This document shows, piece after piece, positions 1-13,030 of a stretch of 64,000 bases of DNA. Numbering within the stretch: the stretch's first letter is position 1; the number at the start of each line of letters is the position of its first letter. The DNA comes from Epithemia pelagica. Taxonomy: Eukaryota > Protista > Bacillariophyta. Where the stretch lies: assembly GCA_946965045.2 (NCBI GenBank), contig OX337242.1:62001-126000 (forward strand), written 5' to 3'. Both the position numbers and the translations under genes were made by a program. The notes below the pieces were generated by a model. It did not search any database. It saw nothing but the letters and a program-made list of their open reading frames with translations, and was not told where the DNA came from.

Positions 1-610
1 CTCATGGACAATGTCCAATTCAAAGTCGTCCATCACGTGCATATCCGGGAATACAATGCCGATGGCCAATGGCTCAATGACCCCCAAAACCATCCGCAAG
101 GACGAGACGGTCAACAACAACAACAAGAACGACTGGATGGGCCCTTTCACAATGGCGAATCCTTTGTCTATACGTCCGTCATTGCCAATGCGCACATTCC
201 ACGGGGCGGGGGCGTCAATTGGCGAGAAATCCCAGCCAAAATGAAGGTCCAATTGATTGGCATTAATCGATTGAATGATTTGACCGATTTTCATTTCACG
301 CTCTACTTTTCCAACGATTGTCTCTCCTACCCCGTCATTGTCACGGGAGATTACATGGGACCCCTCACAGTGGTACGTAGTATGGACATGCGCGCATGCA
401 TCCTCCAAGGAGGAGGACGTTGGTACTCGCTCGTTCTCCGTAACGTTGTTTTGTGTGGGTCTCACCATTCCAATCTATTTCTCTTGTTCTCTGTTTGACG
501 TTGTTGTGCTTCCTTTTGTCGTTCCCCCTCGTACTCAACCTCTATTACTACGGTAGACGGGTGTTTGGGATCCTCCGTTGGAATTTTGTCCCATGGGACT
601 TCACGATTGA
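1..610 (+). CDS. CACQP-domain family copy 1 (5' truncated by window edge); exons <1..372 and 557..610
   Basis: C-terminal half of the family domain (HIREYN...GPFHNGESFVYTSV...FSNDCLSYPVIVTGDYMGPLTV). GTACGT donor at 373, TAG acceptor at 556. Exon 2 reads TGVWDPPLEFCPMGLHD*. Confidence 0.85.
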
Positions 611-2020
611 GAAAAAGCGAGGATCAATGGACCCTTTACATTGTGCTACTACTCCTGACCATGGGCGCTGGCGCAATTGGTGGTCTGTACTTGTACTAGG
701 CAAAAAAGAACTGGGTGTGGCGGTGGTTGTTGTTGTTGGTGGTGGTGGCGTTCACACTCCTCCATGTTGAGTGCCTGTGTGGGTGTATGTGGTCGGAGGA
801 GTGCAACTCGTGTGTGGGTGTTCTGATTGGTACGACGCATAGGTAGCTGTTCCCGAACAATCGTACAACTACAGGTGGCCAAATGCGGCAGTTGATCTGC
901 TGGTATTCTTGTTGCCACAAGAGCCAGGAAGATCCAGAGGAGCACAACAACAACACTCACAAACGAGGGGACATGATCATCGTCATCATCACGACGAAAC
1001 CAACAACAACACCCACCAAAACTACAACGGAGAGATGAACTGTGCGCAGTTTGTTGGAGGAGACGAATCCATTTTTGCTGTCCAACGATTCGTAGGAGTG
1101 GACCATGTCGTACATCGTTGGACAAGGCGGAGAACAAAGTACAACGGCGCTCGAGCAGGAGGACCACCGGATGCCACACTTGTGTGTACAACGAAGGAGC
1201 AGAAAAAGGAGCAGGATAAACGACATGATGCTCTACAAACATGCACTTTAGTAGTAGATTCATTTTTACAACGGTAGGAGCAGAGTTTGCCGTGTTCGTT
1301 TCAGAAGCATCCTGTAGGGTCGTGAACTGATTCCGTCACAACCCGTGTGTTTGTGCAGAGTCCGATATCGCTTGTGGGTAACCTCGATACACGCACGCCC
1401 CCTCACCACGGAGAGCAATCTAGTGCAATGGTCCTCACTGTAGCAGGGATCCTGCGTTGAGTTCCAAGAGCAGAAGCATCCGTTTCTCCAGATGCCCTGG
1501 GTCCATCCATGCCGCCATGGGCCAAAGAGCTCTCCTCTAATGATATGGTTGCTACCTGCCCTTTTTCTATCGTTCGACAGACAGACGATTGAGGCGTGTC
1601 TCTCTATTTAACAGACGACATATGGTCGTTCGCCATACCTACATCGCATCATCATGATGTTCTATGTCGGGTGGTTTCGACGAACGGCGACATCAAAACC
1701 TGCTGAACGACAAGGAAGAGAAGATGCAGTGCCGGATGTTTGTTCGGATGCGGCTCTGGATCTCCACAAGATACCCCCTTTCTTTAGAATTCTGGGCCAG
1801 CAGAGATTCTCTCTCATCCTGTCTGGTCTGGCACTTTGGAGAAGAGAAGAAGAACTGAGAGCAGCAACCTACGTGCATCATTCTTCTCTTACACGGTGTA
1901 TCCTCCTTGTGTGCCAGCGGAACGATCGACTTTTGCACCTCCGTTGTTGGGAGTTTGTGGATCGACTTTTGCACCTCCATTGTGTGGTTGGGAGTTTTTG
2001 TATACACGGCAGCCAATTGA

Positions 2021-3127
2021 ATGGAATCCAGAACTAGCATGAGGAAAATATCATTGGGTTGGTGTGGAACGTCGGTCGCCATGATGATGGTGTGTTCCGT
2101 CATGCTGTTAGTATTGCTCTACAGTCTCTGGACAACAACTTTCGATACCAAGACGATCCTCATCAAGACAAGGACAACCACCACCCAATCCTTACCCAGC
2201 AGAATACAACATCCATGGTACAACCGCACACGGTTCTTGGAAACATGGTACCTACCCAACAGCACCACCATCAAGAACACTATCACTTCAAGAAATACCA
2301 GAACCATTCAACCAAATACTACTACTACCGAAACGGACCTGGGCGACAAACGCCGGTTTTTGGATTCCGTGTGTGCCTGTCAACCAAGTACGTGGGAATT
2401 TACGTTGGATTTTAGTCGAACGTCGTGTTACGATATTAGTATTCGAACCAAAGGTCAAGGTGTGGCGTGGGTGAGTTGTACCTTTACTCCGTCGCCCTCG
2501 GCCAATCCAGACAATAAGCAACAAGCGCAATTTGACGTGATTCATCAAATTCAAATTCGCGAATACAATACCCATGGCGAATGGCTCAACAATCCCAAAC
2601 CCATTTTTCATGCGCCCCTCTTTCCCAATCAAGATCCCTTCCCGGTACCATTGCACAATGGACAATCCTTCAAGTACACGTCCGTCTTGTGGTATGCCAA
2701 AAAAGATGGACATCGGTACAATGTCAAACATATTCCTTCCAAAATGGAAATCCGATTGATTGGAGAAAATAAATTGAAAGAGCGGACCGAATTTCATTTT
2801 ATCCTCTACTTTTCCAACGATTGCTTTTCCTATCCAGTCGTCGTCCGGGGCGATTATGTCGGACCCGTCATTGTGGTACGTATCATCGAACAACAAGACA
2901 CGAACTGGATGCTCGATTGTATTACCAGACTGGAGTAGGAGTACGGGCCATTCTTGGGGTCTGTTTCTCACTGTGGTGCTGTTTGTTGTTTTCTGGTTGT
3001 GGCTGTTTGTGTGTCATTCTTCTTCTCCTTCTAATGATTGCTATTCTTTGGTGCATGGCTGGTGTATTGGCTGCTCTCTAACGTACAGACGGGTGTTTCG
3101 GACCCACCACTGTCCTTTTGTTACTAA
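2021..3127 (+). CDS. CACQP-domain family copy 2; exons 2021..2875 and 3089..3127
   Basis: N-terminal hydrophobic segment, Thr-rich linker, RRFL, then CACQPSTWEFTLDFSR. Donor GTACGT at 2876; CTAAC..CAG acceptor at 3088. Exon 2 reads TGVSDPPLSFCY*. Confidence 0.88.
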
Positions 3128-4742
3128 ACCAAAACCAAGAAAGAAGAACCATCATATGCATCATCCAGACAAGTCATGGTCCCAGTACGCACCCACCATG
3201 CCGCAGAAGCGAGCGAGCGAGAGAGAGACTTGGGGAGAATGATCGGTTTTTTTGTGAGTGTCTTGAACTTGTGTGCCGGTCCCAGTGGTTGTCGTTTTCG
3301 TCATCCAACGACGTGAGGAGAAGTGTGGAGTCCTTGTCCAAAACAAACAACAAGGAGCGTGTTGGACTAGGCAGGTGGTGTTGGTGGTAGTCGTCGTGTA
3401 ACTCATTGTGAATCGACACTTGAAGTGGGACGTATTAACACAAGGAAACCAAATAGAGCTGGTCGGTAGAACCGCCACAACCACAATCACAACAAGGACG
3501 ACGACGACGACGACGACTCCATGGTGCAACTCATGGAGACACGTGAACGGACACGAAGCAAACTGCAACCAGACACACACGCACTTGGTCGGATGCATGT
3601 ATCCCTTTTTGTGTATGGAGAGGGGAAACGACGGTGTGGCCAGCTGGTTGCGGGATGCTGCCATGGGTTGGACCGAATTGGATTCGATTGCGGGAGTGGT
3701 GGTGTCATGGCAAGGGAATGGTCCGGGTGATGGCGGTGGGGGTCGGCGTGTTTCGTGTCACACACACACACACAGAGGGGGGTCTTTTGGCTCACATGGA
3801 AGAAGAACCATGGGTGTGGCAGTGATCCATCCTTACTAGTTGTAGTAGTTGTATCATTCAGGGGGAACTGAACTGTATAGTTTTGTGTTTGCATAGGATT
3901 CGAAAGTCGAACGGACTACCTATTTGTGCACTACTCTAGACGAACGGAGTGGGGTCCATGTCGTCTTGTCTGTTTCGAGTAGAGCAGGTTTTTTCGGGTG
4001 GGAGAGAGGTCGATTGGAGGAGTAAATAATAATAATACTTGCTCTGTTTCCCTCGGTAGTTTCTATTCCAAGATCTATTGTGCTGTTTGCGGGGTGGCGA
4101 TTCGAACAAAGAAGAAAGGCCATGGTCTGGGTGTTTGGATCTATCAATTTGTGGGACAGCTTCTCGAAGAAGAGTCGACCGACGATACTGTCCCAGGAAC
4201 AGTGGAGAAGTGACGTGGCATGACGAGACAGCGAATGAGAAGGCACAGTGAGTTCTCATTTCTCATGTTGCGAAACACCCGAAACAAACACCAAGCCCCA
4301 CCACACTCCATGGATCCTGACGAGTGCCATTGTGGTGGTGAAGCGCGAGGCGAAAAAAATAATTTTGGTTCCCGACAGGCCAATCGGACGCTCGCATTGC
4401 AGACCCGACGGCAACCAAGACAGACATCAAGCATACATACGTTTGTGCACTAATAGAGAGAGGCGGAGAGTCATTGGCCAAGTCCGGACAGGACGCAAGC
4501 AGAGGGGAACCAGAGGGGGGAGGAAAGAACTAGAGAAACAGACCAAGTCGTCGGTTGTTGCTGCCGCGAGCAGAGATCGAAAAAGATCCATTTGTAGCGT
4601 TCTTGATTCCGATTCGGTGGTGTCTCATTCATCGACATCACCAAGCCGTGTTTTGTGAGTCGAATTGGACATTCTCATCATCCTTCGCATCATCACCCCC
4701 GGTTGAAAGAATCTGGTTGACGATCAATCCAGACGAAGCAGC

Positions 4743-5881
4743 ATGCCTTTGGTACGATCCTGTCGCTGTGGTCCGATTAATCGCGCGACTCATTCGTTGG
4801 TCCTTCTGTGGGCCGTTTTCCAATCCTGGAAATGGGCCGTCGTTGTGGTGGTCGTCGAAGCGGCGGCAAATCCTCCTCGGGGTGGCAATTTCACCAAGGA
4901 AACAACGCTTGTTTCATCATCTTCCTCCTCTGCTTGGCGGTGGTTTCCTCCTGACACCACTGCTGCAACACGGCAGAATGGCACCTCCCACAATCACACC
5001 GTATCGTCGTCGTCCTATCTGCGACCACGACGTCAACAACAACAACAACACGAACTCGAACTGGCTCATAGCGGCGGTGTTCCTCGCTGTGCCTGTCAAC
5101 CGGGTCGTTGGACCTTTGTGTTGGATTTTGCCCGTACTACTTGTGGTCGAATGCAAGTTCAAACGCCCGGCGAAGGCTTGTCGTCGATTGGATGTCGGAT
5201 TGAACCCATGCCGGACAATATGCATGTGCAATTGGGCATTGTGCGCTACATTTACATCAACGAATACAACTCGTACGAACAAACCTTGAACGACCCCACC
5301 TCGGATGCCTCGCCACAATTTGTCAATGAACCCGATATTCCTCAAGATTCCTATGTCAATGGCGATACCTTTACCTATACGAGCGTCTTGGCCAAACCGA
5401 GCTATTATGGTCCCTCGGGCAGTTTGATTCCCCCCAAAGAAAAGGGTCGTCGATGGAAGAAAAAGACCCTCCATGTCCAAGAACGACCCAATGCCAACAA
5501 TGCCTTGCCGCAACGCATGGAAATTACCCTCGACGGAGAAGATAGTTGGGGTGGTGCCATGACCTTTGTCGTGATTTTGGAATTTTCGATGGACTGTTAC
5601 TTGTATCCCATTATTGTACCCGGAGATTATTTTGGACCACTCACCGTGGTACGTTCTTTGTATTGTTGTGGTTGTGGTGGTTTTGTGTGTTGTCCACGAG
5701 AAACACACACGAGCGCACACACACAAACGTTCCCAAGCTTGTCGGTTGTCCTGGTCTGACTCGACTGTTTCCATTCTTGTTCTTGTTGTTCTGGAATTTC
5801 TTGTTTTCTCGTCGTGGAGGACAGAGCCAAGTCCATGCTCCACCCACTCAGTTTTGCCCGGGAATCGGGACCGGGGCATGA
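4743..5881 (+). CDS. CACQP-domain family copy 3; exons 4743..5648 and 5825..5881
   Basis: CACQPGRWTFVLDFAR domain. Donor GTACGT at 5649, CAG acceptor at 5824. Exon 2 reads SQVHAPPTQFCPGIGTGA*. Confidence 0.85.
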
Positions 5882-5979
5882 CGGACGGGCACGCCGTTGG
5901 TTGGCTGGCTGGGTGGGGTGGTTTCATGTTGTGTGTGTGTGTGTGTATGTTTATGGTCATGAATGTAGGAGCAGAGCGT

Positions 5980-7855
5980 CGTGTGGAACGTCGCCTCCAA
6001 CCGTTTCCGCTCCGAACCATTCCGGAAACCAACCACACTCACCATTTTTTGTAGATGTACCATAGTTTGGGAAGGAGAATTGTAACACAAGTAGTAGTAA
6101 GTAGTAGCAGTGAACTGGGACCATTCTACCTTTGTGGGTGGGTCGTCCTCTCGTGCTGGTCTATTTCCCAGTGACCTCCTATGGTAGGCCTCTACTAGAT
6201 ACCGACCGAGGGTAAGGTAGAGAGGATAGCTTGGTTTTAAACTTTTTTGAAACGAGAGACCGTTCCGCGACCCAGTGCCCGCGGGCGGTCCATGTGCGCT
6301 GAAAACGGAAAACGCCGTGTCGCGAACCAAAGAAGCCATTCATTGCCAATTGGCGGGGTGCTTCTCTTTCAAGAAAGGGTTTTGGACCATGATGATGATG
6401 TGGTACTGGGCCACGTTCCTCGTTTTCATTGGAGGAGCCTTGGGGGCCCAACGGAGAAGGAAGAAACCAAAGGCCAAAGACGCACCAGCAGTTGTCGACG
6501 ACGATTTCACTGGGTGTACGTCGACATTTTTTGTGTATTGAGTATTGATTGAGTATTGACCCTATTGACTCGGCTCCGCGTGTCCTCTCTTGCGTGTTGT
6601 TGTCTCTTTTGGGGGAGCGAATCTGGGTCTCCAAAGACTCTGTGTTCCTGTCTCTCGTTGATAGAGATTGTCGTGTGACATGCGAGTGAGACAATTGTTG
6701 AATACCACAAAAGGCAGTAAGTCGCTATCTTCCCTCTCTCTATCGGTAGGCCCTTTTTGTGCTCATCGAGTTGTTGTCAACAGCCAACACGCAACCCACG
6801 CGTCCGACCTTGGCACTTCTTGCGCGTAAAGACTCGTGTGCTTTGTTGTTGTCGCTGTCTCTTGTGTGTTTCGGAATCTTTGGCTGGATTGATTGGGTCC
6901 ATCGATTCTTTTGCTGCGGACGTGTGGAACGTCGCCTCCCACAGGTTTTCTGCTCCAAAGCATTCCGGAAACCAACCACACTCACCATTTTTTGTAGATG
7001 TACCATAGTTTGGGAAGGAGAATTGTAACACAAGTAGTAGTAAGTAGTAGCAGTGAACTGGGACCATTCTACCTTTGTGGGTGGGTCGTCCTCTCTATTT
7101 CCCAGTGACCTCCTATGGTAGGCCTCTACTAGATACCGACCGAGGGTAAGGTAGAGAGGATAGCTTCGTTTTAAGCTTTTTTGAAACGAGAGACCGTTCC
7201 GCGACCCAATGCCCGCGGGCGGTCCATGTGCGCTGAAAAAGGAAAACGCCGTGTCGCGAACCAAAGAAGCCATTCTTTGCCAATTGGCGGGGTGCTTCTC
7301 GTTCAAGAAAGGGTTTTGGACCATGATGATGATGTGGTACTGGGCCCCGTTCCTCGTTTTCATTGGAGGAGCCTTGGGGGCCCAACGGAGAAGGAAGAAA
7401 CCAAAGGCCAAAGACGCACCAGCAGTTGTCGACGACGATTTCACTGGGTGTACGTCGACATTTTTTGTGTATTGAGTATTGATTGAGTTGACCCTATTGA
7501 CTCGGCTCCGCGTGTCCTCTCTTGCGTGTTGTTTTCTCTTTTGGGGGAGCGAATCTGGGTCTCCAAAGACTCTGTGTTCCTGTCTCTCGTTGATAGAGAT
7601 TGTCGTGTGACATGCGAGTGAGACAATTGTTGAATACCACAAAAGGCAGTAAGTCGCTATCTTCCCTCTCTCTATCGGTAGGCCCTTTTTGTGCTCATCG
7701 AGTTGTTGTCAACAGCCAACACACAACCCACGCGTCCGACCTTGGCACTTCTTGCGCGTAAAGACTCGTGCGATCTTGTTGTTGTTGTCTCTCCCTCTTG
7801 TGTGTTTCGGAATCTTTGGCTGGATTGATTGGGTCCATCGATTCTTTTGCTGCGG
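5980..7855. repeat. Tandem direct duplication, ~940-bp unit (5980..6919 and 6921..7855)
   Basis: Both units begin CGTGTGGAACGTCGCCTCC and end GATTCTTTTGCTGCGG, with near-identical sequence and a few indels throughout. This explains the duplicated ORFs in the track. Confidence 0.95.
6389..6541 (+). CDS. Possible small secreted peptide (second copy at 7323..7475); may be exon 1 of a spliced gene
   Basis: MMMMWYWATFLVFIGGALGA resembles a signal peptide and is followed by RRRKKPKAK and DDD. A GTACGT donor lies at 6516 and a polypyrimidine/TAG acceptor at 6749. Confidence 0.35.
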   Translation: MMMMWYWATFLVFIGGALGAQRRRKKPKAKDAPAVVDDDFTGCTSTFFVY

Positions 7856-7920
7856 CTTCGGATTTCACTCTCTTGCATTGTTGCTGCTTGTATTCACACA
7901 AAAAGTAAAATTCATTCTCC

Positions 7921-8949
7921 ATGGCACTCGTATCTCCATTTTGGACATCCAGAACCGGGCCAGCATCAGCTGCTGCTGGATCAGCAACAACAACAATCTA
8001 CAGATGCTCCACCGCCCGGCCAACTTCAACGAGCTCAACCAACACTTGGTTGTTCTTGTTCTCGTCGTCGTTCGAGACGCGTCCTTATTGTCCTTCCCTA
8101 TCGTCTCTGTTTCCACATGGATTCTTAATACGCCTTTGCTTGTCTTGTTTGGTGTTACAATGGTGTCTCTTTTCGCAACACACCAATGATGCTGCTCCTG
8201 CTTCGTTGTTGGTTTCGGCAGTGGTGGCCTCCTCGATCTGTGCCTGTCAACCGTCGGAATGGGAATTCACGCTCGACTTTTCCCGCGTCGATTGTGGCGA
8301 TACCAATGTCCAAGTCGGAATGGGCGTCACGTGGGTGAGTTGTGGGTCCATTCCGAGCTTTTATGACAATCAATTTCGCAAGGTGGAATCGGTGGAAATT
8401 CGCGAATACGATGCCCAAGGACATTTGATTCACAATCAATACAAACAGGCCAGTTTGAATGGACCCTTTACCAATGGACAATCCTTTTCCTATACCAGTG
8501 TCTTGGCCTGGGCCCCCGCCGCCGATTACAACAACCATGTCCAAGTCTTGGAATTGCCGGAAACACTTGAGGTGCAAATTCGAGGGACCAATCAACTGGA
8601 GGAATCCAGTGAATTTCAATTCTACGTGTACTTTTCCAACGATTGCAAAGCCTTTCCCATTATGCAATCGGGAGATTATATCGGACCCGTGACAGTGGTA
8701 CGTGTTGTAATATGGTCCTACCTAGTAGTTTGGGAGTGTGGGAACCCTGTTTCCACGCGTTTGTCGTTGATTGTCATTTGTTTTATTAACCAGTCTCTCT
8801 TGTTGTTGTTGTTGTTGTTGTTGTTTCTTCTTCATTGTGCCGATTGCGATTCTTCTTGGTTGGTTGCTATGTGCGTACAGACACGAGTGAAGGATCCTCC
8901 CCAATCCTTTTGTCCCTTGGCAGGTCAAGCCAAAAAAGATGAAGATTGA
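7921..8949 (+). CDS. CACQP-domain family copy 4; exons 7921..8697 and 8881..8949 (start uncertain)
   Basis: CACQPSEWEFTLDFSR domain. Donor GTACGT at 8698, CAG acceptor at 8880. Exon 2 reads TRVKDPPQSFCPLAGQAKKDED*. The 183-nt intron is in frame and stop-free. Confidence 0.85.
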   Translation: MALVSPFWTSRTGPASAAAGSATTTIYRCSTARPTSTSSTNTWLFLFSSSFETRPYCPSLSSLFPHGFLIRLCLSCLVLQWCLFSQHTNDAAPASLLVSAVVASSICACQPSEWEFTLDFSRVDCGDTNVQVGMGVTWVSCGSIPSFYDNQFRKVESVEIREYDAQGHLIHNQYKQASLNGPFTNGQSFSYTSVLAWAPAADYNNHVQVLELPETLEVQIRGTNQLEESSEFQFYVYFSNDCKAFPIMQSGDYIGPVTVVRVVIWSYLVVWECGNPVSTRLSLIVICFINQSLLLLLLLLLFLLHCADCDSSWLVAMCVQTRVKDPPQSFCPLAGQAKKDED

Positions 8950-10105
8950 CCATCACAATCGTAACCACCACCACCACAACAACAACAACGACAACACCAA
9001 GCCACACAGAGGGAGCCATTCTTGGTTCGACGAGTTCCACGAGTTGCAGCAGCAGCAGCAGTGTTGGGTGGAACCGTTTTTCACGTACACACACACGCAC
9101 ACAACCATGTCGTCGTGGCCAATCGTACCTTGCAACAACAACAAGACAACAACAACCACTATTTCCACCATGCTACAGGATTCCGGTTGTTGGTGGTGGT
9201 GCGAATGGACACACACGGGTCCTATTGTACAACGAGGGCCTGATGTTTTTTCGGAACTGGATCCCCATAAAGAAGGGGATTCCTGTTGTTGTTGTTCCTG
9301 ATTATCGTCGTCGTCGTCGTTGAGTGATGTTGGTTTGGATGGAAACGAGAGAGGGCATGTCGCCGATTCTACATGTTGCACTCCGTTGTGTGTGTTGGAA
9401 CCCGATTAAAAGATGGGTCCCAACCAACACACACACATGACGACGACGACGAAAAGGGGGAAATAGATTGGTTGGACCACTGCGAGAAACAGAGAGAGAG
9501 AGATGGGCACACCCGTCCGTGACGGGTATCGAATCTCTACTAGACTAGCTAGGAGAGAGAGAGAGAGAGTAGCAACGCACGAAAGGATCATTGCTCCTCC
9601 TCGGTGTGTTCCACCACAGGGCCTCTAGGACTATGATAGAGGTCGTTCCACCAACAAAAACTAACGTATTATTATAGGGGAGTATGATAGCTTTGGCATT
9701 TGGCACATAGCAACGACATGTATGCGGCACACACGTCTGAAAAACCAGAACAGATTTCGCGAATGCATTCTGCCCTCTATCTGCGACTGAACATCCGGCC
9801 ACGGAAACTCGCCATCACACAAAAGTGCGAGTCTCGACCAAGGAAGCACATCAACGACAGAAATCCATCGAAGAGAGACGACGACAAGATTCAACAGGTC
9901 AAGAGTCGTCCCTCTCGAAGGAAACAAGCAAGCAAGAGAACCAAGAAACAAAGAAGACGCTCTTCTGGTCCTTGGTGGTGTGGTTGCACGATCGTCTCTC
10001 TCGCCCTTTCGCTCGTTCCATCTCGACCCTGGTTTCTTCGACCCAACAATCGGCGCGAGTGGCCACCGAGTCGTCGTCTCGGGATCACCACCACCACCAA
10101 CAACC

Positions 10106-11062
10106 ATGGCGCTCCGTTGGTTCCTCGTATTCCTCTGCATCCCCCTGGCAGCTTCAATACCACTTCAGAACACTACAACAACAAGGACAACGACAACGAC
10201 GACTACCTCGACGATTGATTTGGGTGGAGGCTCCAATACCACCTTGATTCGAACGACCACCTTGCGCTATTCGACTACTGCAAAACCATCCTCATCGGTC
10301 CATCAAAATTCATGGCAGTACTTGAGGAGAACAAGACACAATCAAACCCAACAGCGGCAGAAGACACATCATCGACAGGCCACGACGACGGATCCTTGGT
10401 ACATGGAGACGACGTCGTCGTCCCGCAAACGCGTGCATCCCTGTGCCTGTCAACCGGTCCGATACGAATTCACCTTTGATTTTTCGCGAACGCTATGCGA
10501 AGAAACCAACATTCCGGAATTGTACGAAAATCGACCCAGTCGGGGCATTGACAAGGTGGAATGTTCCATGTATCCCGTCATTGACGATTACGTCCATGGA
10601 ACATCGTCGTGGAAACGCGTGACACAAATTCAATTGCACGAATTTGGCGATGCCTTGCATTATCATGCCCACCCGTCCACCAACAAACCGGGACCGACGG
10701 TTCATCCCAATCCGACGATCGTGTCAGGTCATTCGCCCTTTAAAAATGGCCAGTACTTTACCTACAATTCCATTCTCTTGTACATGAGTGCCATTCAATG
10801 CACCGCCGCCACCTGTTTGTTGCCGAGTCGCTTGCACATTCACATTTTTGGCGAAACGACCAATCCCTATCATCCCAAACGAGAAATGGAATTGACCTGG
10901 ATCTTTACCAAGGATTGCAATTATGTGCCCACCATTCACAAGGGACAATACGTCGGACCACTCGTCTTGACCAAGGTGGGAGAAGCCTCGGAGGCCTTTT
11001 GTGCCATTGTCGGACAAGAACCATCCAACGATCAAGCCGATGCATCGGTCCATATACCATGA
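10106..11062 (+). CDS. CACQP-domain family copy 5, intronless
   Basis: Signal-like MALRWFLVFLCIPLAASIP, Thr-rich linker, CACQPVRYEFTFDFSR. Reads GPLVL-TKVGEASEAFC straight through the site where the other copies have an intron. Confidence 0.9.
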   Translation: MALRWFLVFLCIPLAASIPLQNTTTTRTTTTTTTSTIDLGGGSNTTLIRTTTLRYSTTAKPSSSVHQNSWQYLRRTRHNQTQQRQKTHHRQATTTDPWYMETTSSSRKRVHPCACQPVRYEFTFDFSRTLCEETNIPELYENRPSRGIDKVECSMYPVIDDYVHGTSSWKRVTQIQLHEFGDALHYHAHPSTNKPGPTVHPNPTIVSGHSPFKNGQYFTYNSILLYMSAIQCTAATCLLPSRLHIHIFGETTNPYHPKREMELTWIFTKDCNYVPTIHKGQYVGPLVLTKVGEASEAFCAIVGQEPSNDQADASVHIP

Positions 11063-11601
11063 CGGACCAGAGAATAATGAGAAGGGGAGGAGGAGCCGAA
11101 ACGAAAGGTGGAGCGATATAAACGAGGATGGACCATATATGTTTGAAGGATTACAATACTACTAGTTACTGGAAGTGGAGACACACACACACAGGAGGTT
11201 CCGTGCGGCTGCTGCTATCGATTGTTGTACGAGCGATTGCGGCAAGTTGGAATGGGAGTGAGGACCACCACACTCATTATTCTCCATGTGGCATGCACGT
11301 TGGACGAATGCCATTGTGGAGAATGATTGTATGGATTTGTGTTTGTGTGGATTCCTGTTCCGGACGTAGCTGCTGTAACTAGTTGATTCATAATATAATT
11401 TAGAGAACGATGCATCCTACGACTCCTTTCACCGCGCATGGCACGATGATCTAGGTCCACAACGATGGTGACGAGGGGTCTATACGATTAGAGAGAGACT
11501 CCGGAAGGTTTGGTTCCATTCCTCGTTGGTCGTTTCTACTACAACAACAAACTGGTACTACTACTACTACTATTACTTCTTGTCTACTACGATCAAATTC
11601 C

Positions 11602-11650
<49 letters not shown>
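11602..11650. repeat. (CAT)n microsatellite, about 16 units
   Basis: Uninterrupted CATCATCAT... run between convergent copies 5 and 6. Confidence 0.95.
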
Positions 11651-11820
11651 GTCACCCAGCAGATTCACACACACATTTTTCCCCTCGGTAGCTTCCCCGC
11701 TACTCTACTAGGGTCTTGTTCTTTCACGTCGTCCACGTCATTTGGGCTTGACATTTTGGTTGTCATTGTCATCATCATCATCTCCAGTGTGTTTTCAGAG
11801 TTGTGTGTGTTCTTTCTATA

Positions 11821-13030
11821 TTATGGAATCGTCACAGAAGAAGACGACGACGACGAAGCATCGGCCGTTCCTACCACGGTACAAAAGGATGGAGAGGGAG
11901 GTCCAACGTTGGTCTGCAAAACAAGTGAGCGGAAGAGAGAAAGAGAACGAGAGAAGAAAACGAAATATACACATATATGACAGATGAGTCCATACTACAG
12001 CAAACCAAGATTGAATCCAACAAACAACCTGCAGGTAACCAAGCAAGCAGCCGGCCAGGCTCTTGGTCTCCATAATAATAACACGTACCAACACGAGAGG
12101 TCCGACGCGTTGTCCGGCAGTCAAAAAGGGTCGATAGGAACAGTCCTTGGTAAAGACAAAGGTCACGAGCAATTCTCGTTGGGGTTCGAGATAGGCCGTC
12201 GTTTGGCCGACAATGCGGACATGCAAACTGTTGGGCAAACTGCACAGTGTGGGAGGACAATTGGTGGAGGGATCCATGGTTGTGATAATGCTGGTATATT
12301 GAAAGGAATGGCCATTCAAATAGTGAGGTTTTCCTTTCAAAATGGTGGGATGGACCAGTTCGTCCTTGTCGGGCAAGCCATCTTGCAGAAATTGATTTTG
12401 ATCCACTTCGTAAATTTCCACCTTGTTAATGTGTTTCCACGGATGAGGAGCGATATCATCTTCCCCAATGGGATGAAGTTCGCAATCGACATAGTCGAGA
12501 CCGTGTTTGTGCACCAATTCTTGTTCGTCTTGTTCATCCGCTTGTTGCGCTTTGAGTGCCGCGGCGGCTACTTCCATTTTGTCTCCATCCGAAAAGACAT
12601 GACCAATGTTGGTCTCGTCACAGGTACTATACGAAAAATCAAAGGTGAAGATGTACGAGCTGGGTTGACAGGCACAGGGTGGAACTGCTTTGGACTCAAT
12701 CGTGGTGGCCAAGGTCCGACGACGAGCCGCTTCTTCTTCTTCTTCTTCTTCTTCTTCTTGTTGTGGTGGTTGTGAAATGGAACCTGTACGGTTGTGGTGG
12801 AGCAGGGTCTTGGAGGACGATCGCAACCTGGTAGAAAGGAAGGAATCCTTTTGTTGCGTCGTCGTCGTTGTCGTCGTTACGGTGCGATTCTTGTGGTCCA
12901 TGGCCGCTGCTGTGGCTCCATTCCCATTGGCCAACAAACTGATCATGACCAAGAGGAGAAGGGACATGTTCCATCCATTCCTTGCGGATGCTGATACGGT
13001 TGAATGTCGAAGCATCATCCTCATCCTCAT
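11821..13030 (-). CDS. CACQP-domain family copy 6; exons 13030..12089 and 11913..11821
   Basis: Hydrophobic SLLLLVMISLLA, poly-Glu, RRRTL, then CACQPSSYIFTFDFS. Minus-strand donor GTACGT at 12088 and CAG acceptor at 11914. Exon 2 reads TNVGPPSPSFCTVVGTADASSSSSSSVTIP*. Confidence 0.88.

Noticed and set aside
620-1280. ORFs 649..1263 (-) and 909..1277 (+)
   Set aside because: Hydrophobic patches but no ATG-anchored coherent model or recognisable family.
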